From NCBI GenBank assembly GCA_965224195.1, contig OZ245040.1, forward strand, positions 1 to 64,000: a stretch of 64,000 bases of DNA, written 5' to 3'. This stretch comes from Nitrosopumilus sp. (GTDB lineage Archaea > Thermoproteota > Nitrososphaeria > Nitrososphaerales > Nitrosopumilaceae). This document shows, in pieces, positions 39,642-49,584 of this stretch. The notes under the pieces were generated by a model. The model ran no database searches. It was not told where the DNA came from and saw only the letters and a program-made list of their open reading frames with translations. Numbering within the stretch: position 1 is the stretch's first letter; every line of letters begins with the position of its first letter. Made by a program: the position numbers and the translations under genes.

Positions 39642-41667
39642 CTACTTTTTCCCCTTCTTCATTCCAAAAGTAACCAGAATTCTTTTGAGTTTGTCCTTTT
39701 TCAGGCACAAATTCCATTGCATATGACCTATTCAGGTATGGTTTGAGTTTCTTGTAATGCTCAAATGTAATTTCAGTATCTGTTGAAAATATTGCCACTT
39801 GGTGTGATGCCAAGGGGAAGAATTTTTCAATCAAATTGACTCTATGGCCCTCATCTAGTCGTGCCAATGGAGTATCAATTAAGAAAGGTAATGGCTTTCC
39901 AGAAGTTTTTGCCAATGCCCATAAAATTGCTGTTGCAAACATTTGTTTTTCACCTTTAGACAACAAATCTTTTGGGAATGGATCATTGTTTTGTCTATAC
40001 AAAATTACTTCAAATGAATCCTTATCTACAGTTACTCTTTGAATGAATTCTTTTTTGTGCATTAGAATCCCTATTGCTTCAAGTAGGTATTTTTCTAATA
40101 ATTCTAGTTTCTTTACTTTTAGTCTCCCTACATATTCATCTAATACCAATTGAACTTTTTCTGTAAGGTCGGCTTGAGTTTGTGCCTTTTTATTTTTAAA
40201 TTGATGTGAAACTGTATCTCTAATTTTTACATTGATATGTCCCATTAAACTATCATTACTAACAAGTTGACTTTCCAAATGATCAATTTCTGCGTGTAAT
40301 GCACCTGATTCAGAATGTTTTTCATTTAGTTTTGCAATTAACGGTCCAATCTCATCATCAGATGGTGCACTAGTAATTGATGTTTCAAGCATTGCTATTT
40401 GCTCAGTTACTTCGATGAATTTCATCGTATCTTTTTCAAGTGTAGATGTCGCAGATGTATTTGCATCATCAATAATTTCCATAATTTTTGAAGCTTGAGG
40501 AATTGATAAATTGAATAGTCCTTTTTCTTCAATTTTCTTTGTAGTTGATTTTTGCAATGCAGATATCTTAGTTAAAATTTTTCCTTTCATCTCAGATTGT
40601 ATATCAAACTCTTTCCAAAATAGATCCTCTTTTAAATTGGAATTTATTTCAAAGAACTTTGATTTGAGAATTTTTTCTTCAAGGGATTGCTTTTGAATTT
40701 CCTCATCTAAATGAATTTGATTTTTTAATTTCTCCATTTCTTTTGGAATCAGGCTAAATGGCAAAACAGAACTACAGGTATCCTGAATCCTTTTACTGAT
40801 GTTATCTAGATTGAGTTTTTGTACTGCAAGAGAGGTTCTAGTTTGCTCTCTATTTTGAGCAAATTTTCCTCCAATTTTTGAAACTTGAGCCTCAAGACCA
40901 TTAATTTCTGTGCGTAAATTATCTAATTCAGACTGTTTTCGGGCAATTTTGTCACCATAGTGACTATTTTGCTCCAATACCTCGTCTTTCTCACGGGTAT
41001 ATTTTTCAAATTCAGTTTTGAGAAATTTGTCATCATTTGTCAGATTTCTCATTAAATTCACTTGTAAATCTTTTCGTAGTTGCTCTACAACATCTAAACC
41101 CAAGAGGGAACTAAAGGATGATTTTATCTCCAAACTTTCAGCCTCGTTTTCTGCAATCTCAACAATTCTTTCACCATCAAAAAAGAATAGTTTTGCAATT
41201 CCTTTTGGAATTAATTCTTCAATAAATGACTGCCAATGACTTTCTTCAACAGTGTTAAGTGATGCAAATACATCTTCAGATTCTAATCTCTTTTTGATAT
41301 GTAATTCTTCAATAATTTTTGCATCTTCTTTTCTCCAAGTTCTCTCCACTTGATAATTGATCTCATCTCCTTTATGGAAATATTTGAATTCAACTATAAT
41401 TGATGCAAAATCAGCAGATGTTGAACTTCCTAAATACCTGTGAATTTTTTTTGCAAGAAATTCATCATATGATTTTTTTGTGATTCTTTTTCCAAGTGTA
41501 GAGATTCCATAGAAACATAACATGATAGATTCAAACAGAGTAGTTTTTCCTGCACCGTTGCTTCCACCAATTAGTATGATTGGTTTATCAGAAGTACATA
41601 TAAAATCAAATTCATTTTTACCCCTATACACTCCATAATCTTGTAAAATAATTTTAGTTAGTAACAA
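39631..41667 (-). CDS. dndD: DNA sulfur modification ATPase DndD (SMC-like)
   Basis: GSNGAGKTT, LFFFDGE, long coiled coil, LSKGEKQ, IDTPLARLD, HQVAIFSTDTEI. Confidence 0.95.
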   Translation of the reverse strand: MLLTKIILQDYGVYRGKNEFDFICTSDKPIILIGGSNGAGKTTLFESIMLCFYGISTLGKRITKKSYDEFLAKKIHRYLGSSTSADFASIIVEFKYFHKGDEINYQVERTWRKEDAKIIEELHIKKRLESEDVFASLNTVEESHWQSFIEELIPKGIAKLFFFDGERIVEIAENEAESLEIKSSFSSLLGLDVVEQLRKDLQVNLMRNLTNDDKFLKTEFEKYTREKDEVLEQNSHYGDKIARKQSELDNLRTEINGLEAQVSKIGGKFAQNREQTRTSLAVQKLNLDNISKRIQDTCSSVLPFSLIPKEMEKLKNQIHLDEEIQKQSLEEKILKSKFFEINSNLKEDLFWKEFDIQSEMKGKILTKISALQKSTTKKIEEKGLFNLSIPQASKIMEIIDDANTSATSTLEKDTMKFIEVTEQIAMLETSITSAPSDDEIGPLIAKLNEKHSESGALHAEIDHLESQLVSNDSLMGHINVKIRDTVSHQFKNKKAQTQADLTEKVQLVLDEYVGRLKVKKLELLEKYLLEAIGILMHKKEFIQRVTVDKDSFEVILYRQNNDPFPKDLLSKGEKQMFATAILWALAKTSGKPLPFLIDTPLARLDEGHRVNLIEKFFPLASHQVAIFSTDTEITFEHYKKLKPYLNRSYAMEFVPEKGQTQKNSGYFWNEEGEKVVAI

Positions 41668-41668
41668 T

Positions 41669-43201
41669 CTATCCTCCTAAATTTTGTTTAGTCTTTTTTC
41701 TTTCTTTGAGGTCTTTTACAATTTCACCAAGATCTTCTCTCCATTCTTCAGAGAGAATTTTGTTTATTGTTTTGTAAATTTTAGAATGCTGAGTCATTCC
41801 TTGAGCATCATACTCTGCATTAAGTAATTTTGATACCAATAATTGAGGGACTTCATTTTTAGTGCAAATGTCTTCAAGAATTTCTTGTTCATCAGAGCCA
41901 AATCCGTTCATATCTTCTTGGGGAGGAATAATTTCTTCTCCAAAAACTTTTTTGTAAATCTGATATACTGAATTCCTCCAATCACCTCGCTCCATACGCC
42001 AAATTCGTTGAATTTCATGCAATTCTGACTCTAAAATTAACTCTATGTGAGGGTCAGGACCATTTTGTCGTACCTTTTTTTGTCCTCGTAATAGTTTCTC
42101 TAAAAATTCTTTACAAAACTCCATTGTATATGGACCTGGAATTAAAACAGAGTATGGGTCAGTGCTTTTTAATCGTTCAGTGATACTAGATCTTTTTCTA
42201 GATTCCTGAATATTTTCCTCAAATGCCTTTTTTTTAATTTCATCGACTAGTTTCATTTGTCCAGATCTACGTTTGAGTTCTCGAACCTCCCTTCTTTTTT
42301 CGGGGTCTTGGGTCTCTTTGAGTTCTGCTCTCAATTCTAGTAATGGCTCCATCCATTCAGCACCATTTTCAATTGAATTTTTCATTGAAACGTCTTCAGC
42401 CACTACAGTGCACACCCAGCATCCAAATCTAGAATTTCCACATGAAGGAGTACTAGTGTCAACTACCAAAGGACATTCTGAAGAAGAAGTTGCATTTTGA
42501 TATAACGAAAGTAAATCTCTATTGTTTGCACCCCATGGATTTTTGTTTTGTAAAAGATAATTCCAAACATCCTCTGTGATAAAATCACGTAATGGTGTGT
42601 AAACATATGTTTGAGGAAATTTAGAATGTCTAGATAACAAACTTCCTTCAATTTCATATAGATTCATTAATTGATTTCTTGAACCACTTTCATCTTTTCT
42701 TGTACCTAAAATTACAATTGCTTCACCATATTGAGAAACTTTTTCTTGAATAAATCTATCGGCATTTTTAATTTTTAATCTATCAGTGCACCATCTAAAG
42801 AGATTAGAAGGAGCTGGAAATCCTTTTCCTAAAAGACATACCCAAAAACTATCTTCAATTTTTGGCCTTACAAGATTTGTAGATATTGGGAGATGTGATT
42901 TTTGTGCTGCCTTTTCCATAGTATCAAGAGAAGTAGTAATTTGGTCAATTACTGTAGGAGATTCTACCAAAGTATCTGAAGATATAATGTAAATTTTCTT
43001 GTGTAATTTCTCAGCAGGTAATTCTGATAATGCATTCCAAATCAGTTGGGTCATACATGTAGAGTCTTTTCCTCCACTAAATCCGATAATCCAAGGCCTA
43101 TTATCATTCAGATATACCTCCCTGATTTCAGCAAGAATATCTTTGAGTGTACGTGATTTGAAGACAGATTTTGCAGTCATTCTATTTCCCTTCAAATTCA
43201 T
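41669..43201 (-). CDS. dndC: DNA phosphorothioation sulfurtransferase DndC
   Basis: PWIIGFSGGKDS, RWCTDRLKI, ECPLVVD...SCGNSRFGCWVCTVV. Confidence 0.96.
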   Translation of the reverse strand: MNLKGNRMTAKSVFKSRTLKDILAEIREVYLNDNRPWIIGFSGGKDSTCMTQLIWNALSELPAEKLHKKIYIISSDTLVESPTVIDQITTSLDTMEKAAQKSHLPISTNLVRPKIEDSFWVCLLGKGFPAPSNLFRWCTDRLKIKNADRFIQEKVSQYGEAIVILGTRKDESGSRNQLMNLYEIEGSLLSRHSKFPQTYVYTPLRDFITEDVWNYLLQNKNPWGANNRDLLSLYQNATSSSECPLVVDTSTPSCGNSRFGCWVCTVVAEDVSMKNSIENGAEWMEPLLELRAELKETQDPEKRREVRELKRRSGQMKLVDEIKKKAFEENIQESRKRSSITERLKSTDPYSVLIPGPYTMEFCKEFLEKLLRGQKKVRQNGPDPHIELILESELHEIQRIWRMERGDWRNSVYQIYKKVFGEEIIPPQEDMNGFGSDEQEILEDICTKNEVPQLLVSKLLNAEYDAQGMTQHSKIYKTINKILSEEWREDLGEIVKDLKERKKTKQNLGG

Positions 43202-44279
43202 TCAATGTCATGTTTAATCCGCAATGCTGAAGAATTTCATTTGCAGCCTGTTTAATTCCCAGTCTAGTTTTTGTCATTCTGCCATCATTCATAATTTTGC
43301 CTTCCCAAATAGGACTGGACTTTTGCCAATCTATTTTTTGTAAACCTTTTAGTTTTTCTTTCCAATTATCAGGAAATTCAGTAATTAAGGCATACCCTAC
43401 TATCCCTAATGCATTGAGAATATTTGTACGAGCGTGAACATAGTTTGTTCTTAATTCAGATGGTGAGACTTTTTTCTGAATTAAAAGATTCCATTCGGGA
43501 ATATTTTTTGACACAGTATCCCAATAGTCAACTGCAAGTTTTTGTTTTTCTGCTGCAATTGATTTTGTTTTTAATTTTAAAAGATATTTTGTTGCATCAG
43601 CAATTCCATTTAATGTGAAAAATTTTGTAGAACGATTTGAGATATTAGTTTTTTCCATTTCTGTTCTACCATGGAAAACATCTACATCATTTGCTAGTAT
43701 AACAATAAATCTTGCAAAAGTATCACGATGATCATATAAAATTCCTAAAGATTTGGTTGGCTTTACTGCATGTTTATTCAAATCTGAAAACATTTGTTGA
43801 CTACGTTTAAGTCCTTTATCCTCAAATATTACAACAGAGACTTTTTCATTTCCTAAAGAGGGATTTTGTTCATATGCATATTTTATTGCAGCACACCTAT
43901 GCTGACCATCATTAATTAGAATTGGAGCATCAATTGGAATGATTATTTTCCCCAATCTTCCATCTTCTCCTTGGCCAGGGCCTGGATTAAATCCAACTTT
44001 ACCTCCAACAGACACAGTAATTGATGAAAAAATGTAATCCTTAGGATTATTCAGAATATAATTTCCCATTACAGGAATTCTAGATTCTCGAAGAATTCTT
44101 TGGGCTTTTAGAGTAGCTGGGATTTGAGGATCATCGTTGAATTTGAAATGATTGTAAATTGTAGCAAAGGAGCACATTGCATTATAAAACTCTCGTCCTG
44201 CTTGTCGGCCTCTAACTGCTTCAAAAAAGATTGTGCCGCTATCTTGGTCTACTTCACTTGGAGCAATAGTACTCATCAA
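43182..44279 (-). CDS. dndB: DNA sulfur modification protein DndB (DGQHR domain)
   Basis: RGRQAGRE, AQR, INDGQHR, QQMFSDLN, LYDHRD. Confidence 0.95.
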   Translation of the reverse strand: MMSTIAPSEVDQDSGTIFFEAVRGRQAGREFYNAMCSFATIYNHFKFNDDPQIPATLKAQRILRESRIPVMGNYILNNPKDYIFSSITVSVGGKVGFNPGPGQGEDGRLGKIIIPIDAPILINDGQHRCAAIKYAYEQNPSLGNEKVSVVIFEDKGLKRSQQMFSDLNKHAVKPTKSLGILYDHRDTFARFIVILANDVDVFHGRTEMEKTNISNRSTKFFTLNGIADATKYLLKLKTKSIAAEKQKLAVDYWDTVSKNIPEWNLLIQKKVSPSELRTNYVHARTNILNALGIVGYALITEFPDNWKEKLKGLQKIDWQKSSPIWEGKIMNDGRMTKTRLGIKQAANEILQHCGLNMTLNEFEGK

Positions 44280-44351
44280 ATAGTATTATTTGGAAGCATG
44301 TTATAATACTTTTGGAATCATGTTCTAATTTAGGCATGAATTATAGCCTTT

Positions 44352-44513
44352 TTAGAGTTTTGCTAACTTTTTGATATCTGCAGGTGTCAATTCTAAAGTC
44401 ATTTTTGCAGTATCTGGATGCTTTACATTTTCTCCCTTGTGGAAGAATTTAACGACAATTTTACCGCCTGTTTTTTTTGCTTCATACGGATATCCACCAA
44501 TTGTATCTCTCAT
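44352..44513 (-). CDS. Small basic hypothetical protein (53 aa, below the ORF cutoff)
   Basis: MRDTIGGYPYEAKKTGGKIVVKFFHKGENVKHPDTAKMTLELTPADIKKLAKL; TATA-like sequence ~25 bp upstream. Confidence 0.65.
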   Translation of the reverse strand: MRDTIGGYPYEAKKTGGKIVVKFFHKGENVKHPDTAKMTLELTPADIKKLAKL

Positions 44514-44563
44514 AGCAGGATTAGAAAATTAATTGTTTATAGAGTTATTGAATGCTCTGCTGT

Positions 44564-44776
44564 TTAGAAAAATTCATTTACCAATACAATGAACTTTTTC
44601 TCAGACAGTAATTTTCTTTTCTGCTGTGATTTTTCCCAATCATACTTTGGATTAAGAACCATTTCCAACTGTCCTGCATACTTTTTCCGAGTAGATTTGT
44701 CTCTGATTGCAGTGGTGTAGTTTTCAAAGGGGGAAATGTCTGAAAATTCATCCAGAGGGGAATCTTGCTTGCTCAT
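44564..44776 (-). pseudogene. Probable N-terminal remnant of a tyrosine integrase
   Basis: SPFENYTTAIRDKSTRKKYAGQL resembles N-termini of thaumarchaeal integrases; GAGGTGA ribosome-binding site upstream; ends after 70 aa with no catalytic domain. Confidence 0.5.
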
Positions 44777-44867
44777 TGTATCACCTCTATAATCATGGAC
44801 CAGATAAAGGATCAAGTAGGGCATGGGCCAGAAGGGCTTCAATTAATAAAATAAAAAAATAAAAAAA

Positions 44868-46529
44868 TTAGTTAGCAGGAACTACTAGTCCTCTATCTAT
44901 CATCTTAAGTGCTGTATCTGCTTTAAGGCACATTGCAACACCGTTTGATGCTTTCATTACCAGGCTAAATCCTTCACGACATTCTACATCTCCAGCATCA
45001 ATGCCGGCAGTCATTTGTGTGCGTGGGGAAATCCATGCTAATTGCATGTCTTTTGCCTTTTCAATGAATTCTGCTCCAAGTTCCTGTTTTTCCTCGTCGG
45101 TCATTTCAGATGCTCTATCACGGAGTTCTGCCTTGAAGGCTTTCATCTCAGCTAGTCTATCATGAATTGAAGATTTTCGCTCATCAGAGATATTCATTCT
45201 CATATTTTTCATATGATCTTTGAATTTCATTTTGAGTTCAGACTTTTTCTCGTCAGTCAGATCACCATGTTTCTCAATGTACTTCATCTTGATTTCTTCT
45301 CTACGCTCATCAGAAATGTCATGTTTGTCCATGATCATTGCCTTGATACGGTCAGATTTGTCAGATAATTTCATTTTCATTTTGTCTTTTGCTGCATCAG
45401 ACATTTTGTCATGAGCTTTGTCTTTCATGGCATCATGATGTTTCATCTTATAGTCTTCTCTTTCTTCAGCGCTCATATCACACCATTTAGAAAGTCTGTC
45501 AAGTTTTTCTGAATCATCAATTTCTGCTGCACGTTCAGAATCTGCTAATGCACATAGTCTATCATAATCCATATGTGGTTTATCATGGGCTTTGTCCATC
45601 ATGCGGTCCTTCATGTGAGCTTTCATGTGTGTTCTGAATTCATCAATGTGTTCATCAATGAATTCTGCTCTGTCTGATTCATCCAAAGTACAATATCTAT
45701 CTGCTTTGGCTACCATCCCATCGGTTTTACCATATTTTTCAGCAGCTGCACTTTTGTCTTCATCAGTCATTTCACACCATGAAGCAAGTTTTTCTCTAAA
45801 AGCATCTACTGTTAGATGATCTTTGATATGATCTTTGACTTTGTCTTTCATGTGAGCTTTGAATTCGTCTCTGTGTTCAGCGATAAAGTCTGCTCTGTCT
45901 GATTCATCCAAAGTACAATATCTATCTGCAAAGGCCATTCCATCGGTTGTACCATATTGTTCAGCAGCTGCACTTTTGTCTTCATCAGTCATTTCACACC
46001 ATGAAGAAAGTTTTTCTCCAAAGTCTCTGTCGACATCTCCATCATGATTTGCATCTCTGATGTAATCTTTGACGTGGTCTTTGATATTTTCTCTGTCTTC
46101 ATCTGTTACATGAATTCTGATGAAATCTTTTAGCTTGCTATCTCTTGTATAGTCAGACAAATCACAATAATTTGCTAGTCTATCTGAGAATTGCGCAAGT
46201 CTTGGATGGTTCTCAAAGAATTGTCTTGTTTCTTCATCAGACATGTCACAGAAATGTGCTAGTCTGTCATCAAGATTGTAATGTCTACCATCTCGGGCAT
46301 AATCACTATCCTCATCGGTTTCTTCATCAGTTTCGTCGTTTGTTGCATCGTCGACTTTATCTTCCATCTCTGCCTCAATTTCATCGACTTCGTCTTCAAT
46401 TTCAGTTTCAATTTCATCTTCGATTGAGGTATCATCTACATCATCAGTTTGTGCAAATGCAGAACCTGCAGATACTCCAAACACCATGATTAGTGATAAA
46501 ACAACACTTAGAAGTTGTGTACTCTTCAT
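44868..46529 (-). CDS. Secreted Asp/His/Met/Lys-rich repeat protein with paired-Cys helical repeats
   Basis: Signal peptide, acidic stretch, duplicated WCEMTDEDKSAAAE...RYCTLDESDRA unit, C-terminal CREGFSLVMK...CLK...RG domain. Confidence 0.85.
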   Translation of the reverse strand: MKSTQLLSVVLSLIMVFGVSAGSAFAQTDDVDDTSIEDEIETEIEDEVDEIEAEMEDKVDDATNDETDEETDEDSDYARDGRHYNLDDRLAHFCDMSDEETRQFFENHPRLAQFSDRLANYCDLSDYTRDSKLKDFIRIHVTDEDRENIKDHVKDYIRDANHDGDVDRDFGEKLSSWCEMTDEDKSAAAEQYGTTDGMAFADRYCTLDESDRADFIAEHRDEFKAHMKDKVKDHIKDHLTVDAFREKLASWCEMTDEDKSAAAEKYGKTDGMVAKADRYCTLDESDRAEFIDEHIDEFRTHMKAHMKDRMMDKAHDKPHMDYDRLCALADSERAAEIDDSEKLDRLSKWCDMSAEEREDYKMKHHDAMKDKAHDKMSDAAKDKMKMKLSDKSDRIKAMIMDKHDISDERREEIKMKYIEKHGDLTDEKKSELKMKFKDHMKNMRMNISDERKSSIHDRLAEMKAFKAELRDRASEMTDEEKQELGAEFIEKAKDMQLAWISPRTQMTAGIDAGDVECREGFSLVMKASNGVAMCLKADTALKMIDRGLVVPAN

Positions 46530-46679
46530 TGTGATTTTTCAATGTTTTTGAATATAAAGTGTATCGTAGTATAGCAGCGGATCTTTTATTACAAATGAGA
46601 CATTTTTAGCCTATTTTATGCCTACAGTCATGAATCATTTCTACTTTTCTTTTAGATACAATAATTTGAAAATTTTCAT

Positions 46680-46964
46680 GTGACTATACAGCACGACAAA
46701 AAGTCTGTAGGCCTGACAGTTGTTATGGCCATGATTATCGGAATGGCACTGGGGTTTACCGATTTGTCTGATGGTAATCCTGCAGACACACTAGTTCACG
46801 AGTTCGGAGATCTTTTAGACGGTGTTGAAGCAGAAATTCTATCAATTCCAAATGATACAGAACCAACTGTTAACACACCAAACACAATGCAAACAGAGCA
46901 AATCAATTCTCAAATTGCATATCTAAAAGCCTTTGATGAAATCATCAAGTCACAAATTCTCTAA
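46680..46964 (+). CDS. Small secreted/membrane hypothetical protein
   Basis: N-terminal hydrophobic helix. Confidence 0.6.
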   Translation: MTIQHDKKSVGLTVVMAMIIGMALGFTDLSDGNPADTLVHEFGDLLDGVEAEILSIPNDTEPTVNTPNTMQTEQINSQIAYLKAFDEIIKSQIL

Positions 46965-47138
46965 GTACTCGATAGTATTCCCTAGTGGATACTAAGCTAA
47001 GAGTACTTGGTTTTACATTAAATTTTTTTGCTCCAGGTACTCTAACCCAATTTTTTTAAATAAAAAAACCAAGAATAGTAAATTATTCAAAGAAAACAAT
47101 CACTAGATTAATGTACTGCAAACATTGAGAATTTATTC

Positions 47139-47774
47139 ATGACACTGAACATTATTTCTGAATTATTAAAAAAACCAAACGTTGCATTTGAAAAAATTTC
47201 TCAAAATCCACAATATTTTAGACTGGCTTTTGTGGTGTTTTCAATATCTATTTTTATCTCATCATTTCAGCATGTATCTACATTAATTTTTTATTCTCCA
47301 CAGGATGCTGATGCTCTAAACATTGCATATAAGATAATAGATTTTGGAGGAACTATTTTGAGTCATATGCTGATGATTGTCATTATCTTTTATGTTGGAA
47401 AAATAGTAAAGGGTAACACCAATTTTAAACAAATATTTTCAGTTTTATCATTTTGTCTAATTCCAATCATGTTTGGAGCAGTAATAATAGCATCAGGGAA
47501 TTTACTTTTGACTTATTCAATGTCTGAATCTAAAGATGACTTGTCTCCATCATATGCATTAGACTTTATCGTATCTCCAATTGTATTGTTACAGTTTATT
47601 CTATTGCCTTTTGGCATTTGGTCTCTAATACTATACATCAAAGCCATCAAAATTACAGATTGTTTTTCCACTCTACAGGCAGTAACTCTGGTGATATTTA
47701 CAATAATTCTAGTACAATTAACAGGTGAGCTGTATAGTATTGGCACAAGTGTTCCTCTTCAATTATTGTCGTAA
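47139..47774 (+). CDS. Yip1-domain membrane protein
   Basis: LKKPNVAFE, GNTNFKQIFSVLSFCLIP, IWSLILYIKAIK; about five TMs. Confidence 0.8.
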   Translation: MTLNIISELLKKPNVAFEKISQNPQYFRLAFVVFSISIFISSFQHVSTLIFYSPQDADALNIAYKIIDFGGTILSHMLMIVIIFYVGKIVKGNTNFKQIFSVLSFCLIPIMFGAVIIASGNLLLTYSMSESKDDLSPSYALDFIVSPIVLLQFILLPFGIWSLILYIKAIKITDCFSTLQAVTLVIFTIILVQLTGELYSIGTSVPLQLLS

Positions 47775-47807
47775 TACCATTTTAGATTAAAAAAAGAAAA
47801 ACCAAGA

Positions 47808-48128
47808 CTAGTTCAATGAACTATCTATCATGGTTTGAAATGATTCTTTTGTAAAAGCTCCCACTTTTTAAGAAACAATCTCACCATTTTTGAAAATAGC
47901 AAGTGTAGGAATACTAAAGACATTGTATTTTTGTGCAAGCTCACAGTTTTCATCAACGTTAATCTTGACAAAATTTACTTTGCTATCATATTCAGCAGAG
48001 AGCTCCTCGACAACAGGCGATACGGCCCTACATGGACCACACCACTCTGCCCAAAAGTCTACAAAGACTGGATTGGCAGAGTTTAGAACCTCTTGTTCAA
48101 ATTGCTGTGAATTTTTTATTTTGTTCAC
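47808..48128 (-). pseudogene. Thioredoxin with a premature in-frame stop
   Basis: WCGPC and SIPT are intact; TAA at 47868-47870 is followed in frame by KVGAFTKESFQTMIDSSLN*. Confidence 0.8.
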
Positions 48129-48144
48129 TATAATTTTTTACACC

Positions 48145-48488
48145 TCAGATTTTCCTCACAATTATTATTTGAGAATCGCTTTGAGCTTGGAATCTAATAT
48201 CATTACCACGAATTAAATCACCGTTAGTAACTTTTTTTCCATTTAGAGTCCCACTACCTAGAGTAACATACGCAATGAATTCTCCATCAAATGATATAGT
48301 TTGTTTTGCATCAATTAATCCAACATCAAGTGTTGTTTTACTAGCAAATGTTTTATCTTGATTCTCATCTCCACCATAAACACGAGTTATTCCTTGCTGT
48401 AAAGAATACAATTTGTATCCTGCAGGTTCTACTTGTTTTTCAGGTGTGACCCAAATCTGAATTATTCTGTTTTCTTTATTATCAGGAT
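48145..48488 (-). pseudogene. Pirin-family gene, C-terminal fragment
   Basis: PDNKENRIIQIWVTPE... continues the N-terminal fragment at 49585-49937. Confidence 0.85.
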
Positions 48489-48522
48489 CAATTTATAATC
48501 TAAGGTTTAAATTTCTATTATA

Positions 48523-49128
48523 GTGAAAATCAAAGAAAGGTATCTTGTAATGGCTACAATCATAATACCTATATTGTTTGGTATTGGGTTATTTTCTGAA
48601 AAAATATTTAGTATTGAATTTATCGCTGAAAATATACAAAGTGAAACTAATACAATAAATACGATGAAATTAGAATCTGAAAATCAACAGCTAAAATCAA
48701 ATATACAAAATCTAAAACAAGATCATAATTTCAAAATAACAAATCTAGAGAAAACTATCAAGAAACTTGAAACAAAACAACCCAAATCACAGCAACCTAA
48801 CACAGAGCTGGAAAATGAAATAGATAGAATGGATGATATAATTTCTGATTTGAAACGTGAAAATCAACAACTAAAATCAAACAACAACAATTCAAAAGAA
48901 AAACCAACTAATCCAAGTGAAATTAAAAAATTAGATGCTAAAATTAAACAATTACAAAAAGAACTAGATAAAGAAAAGAGCAAAAAAATTAATAGAGATA
49001 GAACCGAAAAAGAGGATAGATTAGAAGGGGATTTAAACAAAGCACTAAAAGAGATTACAGATTTAAAAAATGAGAATAAAAAACTGAAAGACGAAAAGAA
49101 GAAACTAAAGGATTCTATGAAAAAATGA
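48523..49128 (+). CDS. Membrane-anchored coiled-coil protein (insert cargo)
   Basis: N-terminal TM and heptad-rich LKxENQQLKS repeats. Confidence 0.75.
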   Translation: MKIKERYLVMATIIIPILFGIGLFSEKIFSIEFIAENIQSETNTINTMKLESENQQLKSNIQNLKQDHNFKITNLEKTIKKLETKQPKSQQPNTELENEIDRMDDIISDLKRENQQLKSNNNNSKEKPTNPSEIKKLDAKIKQLQKELDKEKSKKINRDRTEKEDRLEGDLNKALKEITDLKNENKKLKDEKKKLKDSMKK

Positions 49129-49190
49129 TGTTCATTAATAAAATTATATTGATTTAATCTTCCCTTTTATTTGCATGTGTTGTTATATTT

Positions 49191-49385
49191 ATGGTTGTTA
49201 CGCCTTATGATCTTTATGTTCCATCAAAATCTGATGATTCTCTGACCACTTCTGAATGGCTTGATCATATTAATTTTAAATATTCTAGTCCTGATGATTG
49301 TAAAGATGTGAGAGAAGGTAGTAATTATCCTGAGGTAGTGAAGCGTTGTGAATATATTTATCATCATGCTAGGTATGCTCCATGA
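49191..49385 (+). CDS. Small hypothetical protein (insert cargo)
   Basis: 64-aa ORF with ATG start. Confidence 0.5.
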   Translation: MVVTPYDLYVPSKSDDSLTTSEWLDHINFKYSSPDDCKDVREGSNYPEVVKRCEYIYHHARYAP

Positions 49386-49446
49386 GCCTTCATATTCAAA
49401 CAAAAGCTAAATAGTTCCTTTTAACGTTTAAAAAAAACAATTATCT

Positions 49447-49584
49447 ATGGCAGTATCAGCTTCAGATATCAAATTTTATTTCTCCGGCGGCCTCAACAAC
49501 GCATTAGGGAACGCATCAATCGGCGGCGCCATCTCATCCACAGAAATTCCAGCATATGTAATGGACATCTTGCTTGATCAAGTT
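49447..49584 (+). pseudogene. Truncated N-terminus of a virus-like structural protein (insert cargo)
   Basis: MAVSASDIKFYFSGGLNNALGNASIGGAISSTEI resembles a recurrent tailed-virus protein N-terminus; cut at the insertion junction. Confidence 0.5.

Larger units (their letters stand above)
27400..44850. mobile_element. Genomic (defence) island carrying the dnd operon and a putative effector cassette; boundaries approximate
   Basis: Run of non-core, visibly AT-rich genes (PIN, nuclease, HEPN, ParB, SNF2, dnd); probable integrase remnant and tRNA-3'-like sequence at the right end. Confidence 0.65.
48489..49584. mobile_element. ~1.1-kb foreign insertion without transposase, flanked by the 7-bp direct repeat TCAGGAT
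   Basis: TCAGGAT at 48482-48488 and 49585-49591; removing the insert and one copy restores the pirin frame (EVNPDNKENRIIQIW). Confidence 0.85.

Noticed and set aside
46965-47008. Imperfect hairpin AGTACTC...GAGTACT after ORF 46680-46964
   Set aside because: Single copy directly after a stop codon; most simply a terminator or stability hairpin, with no MITE evidence.
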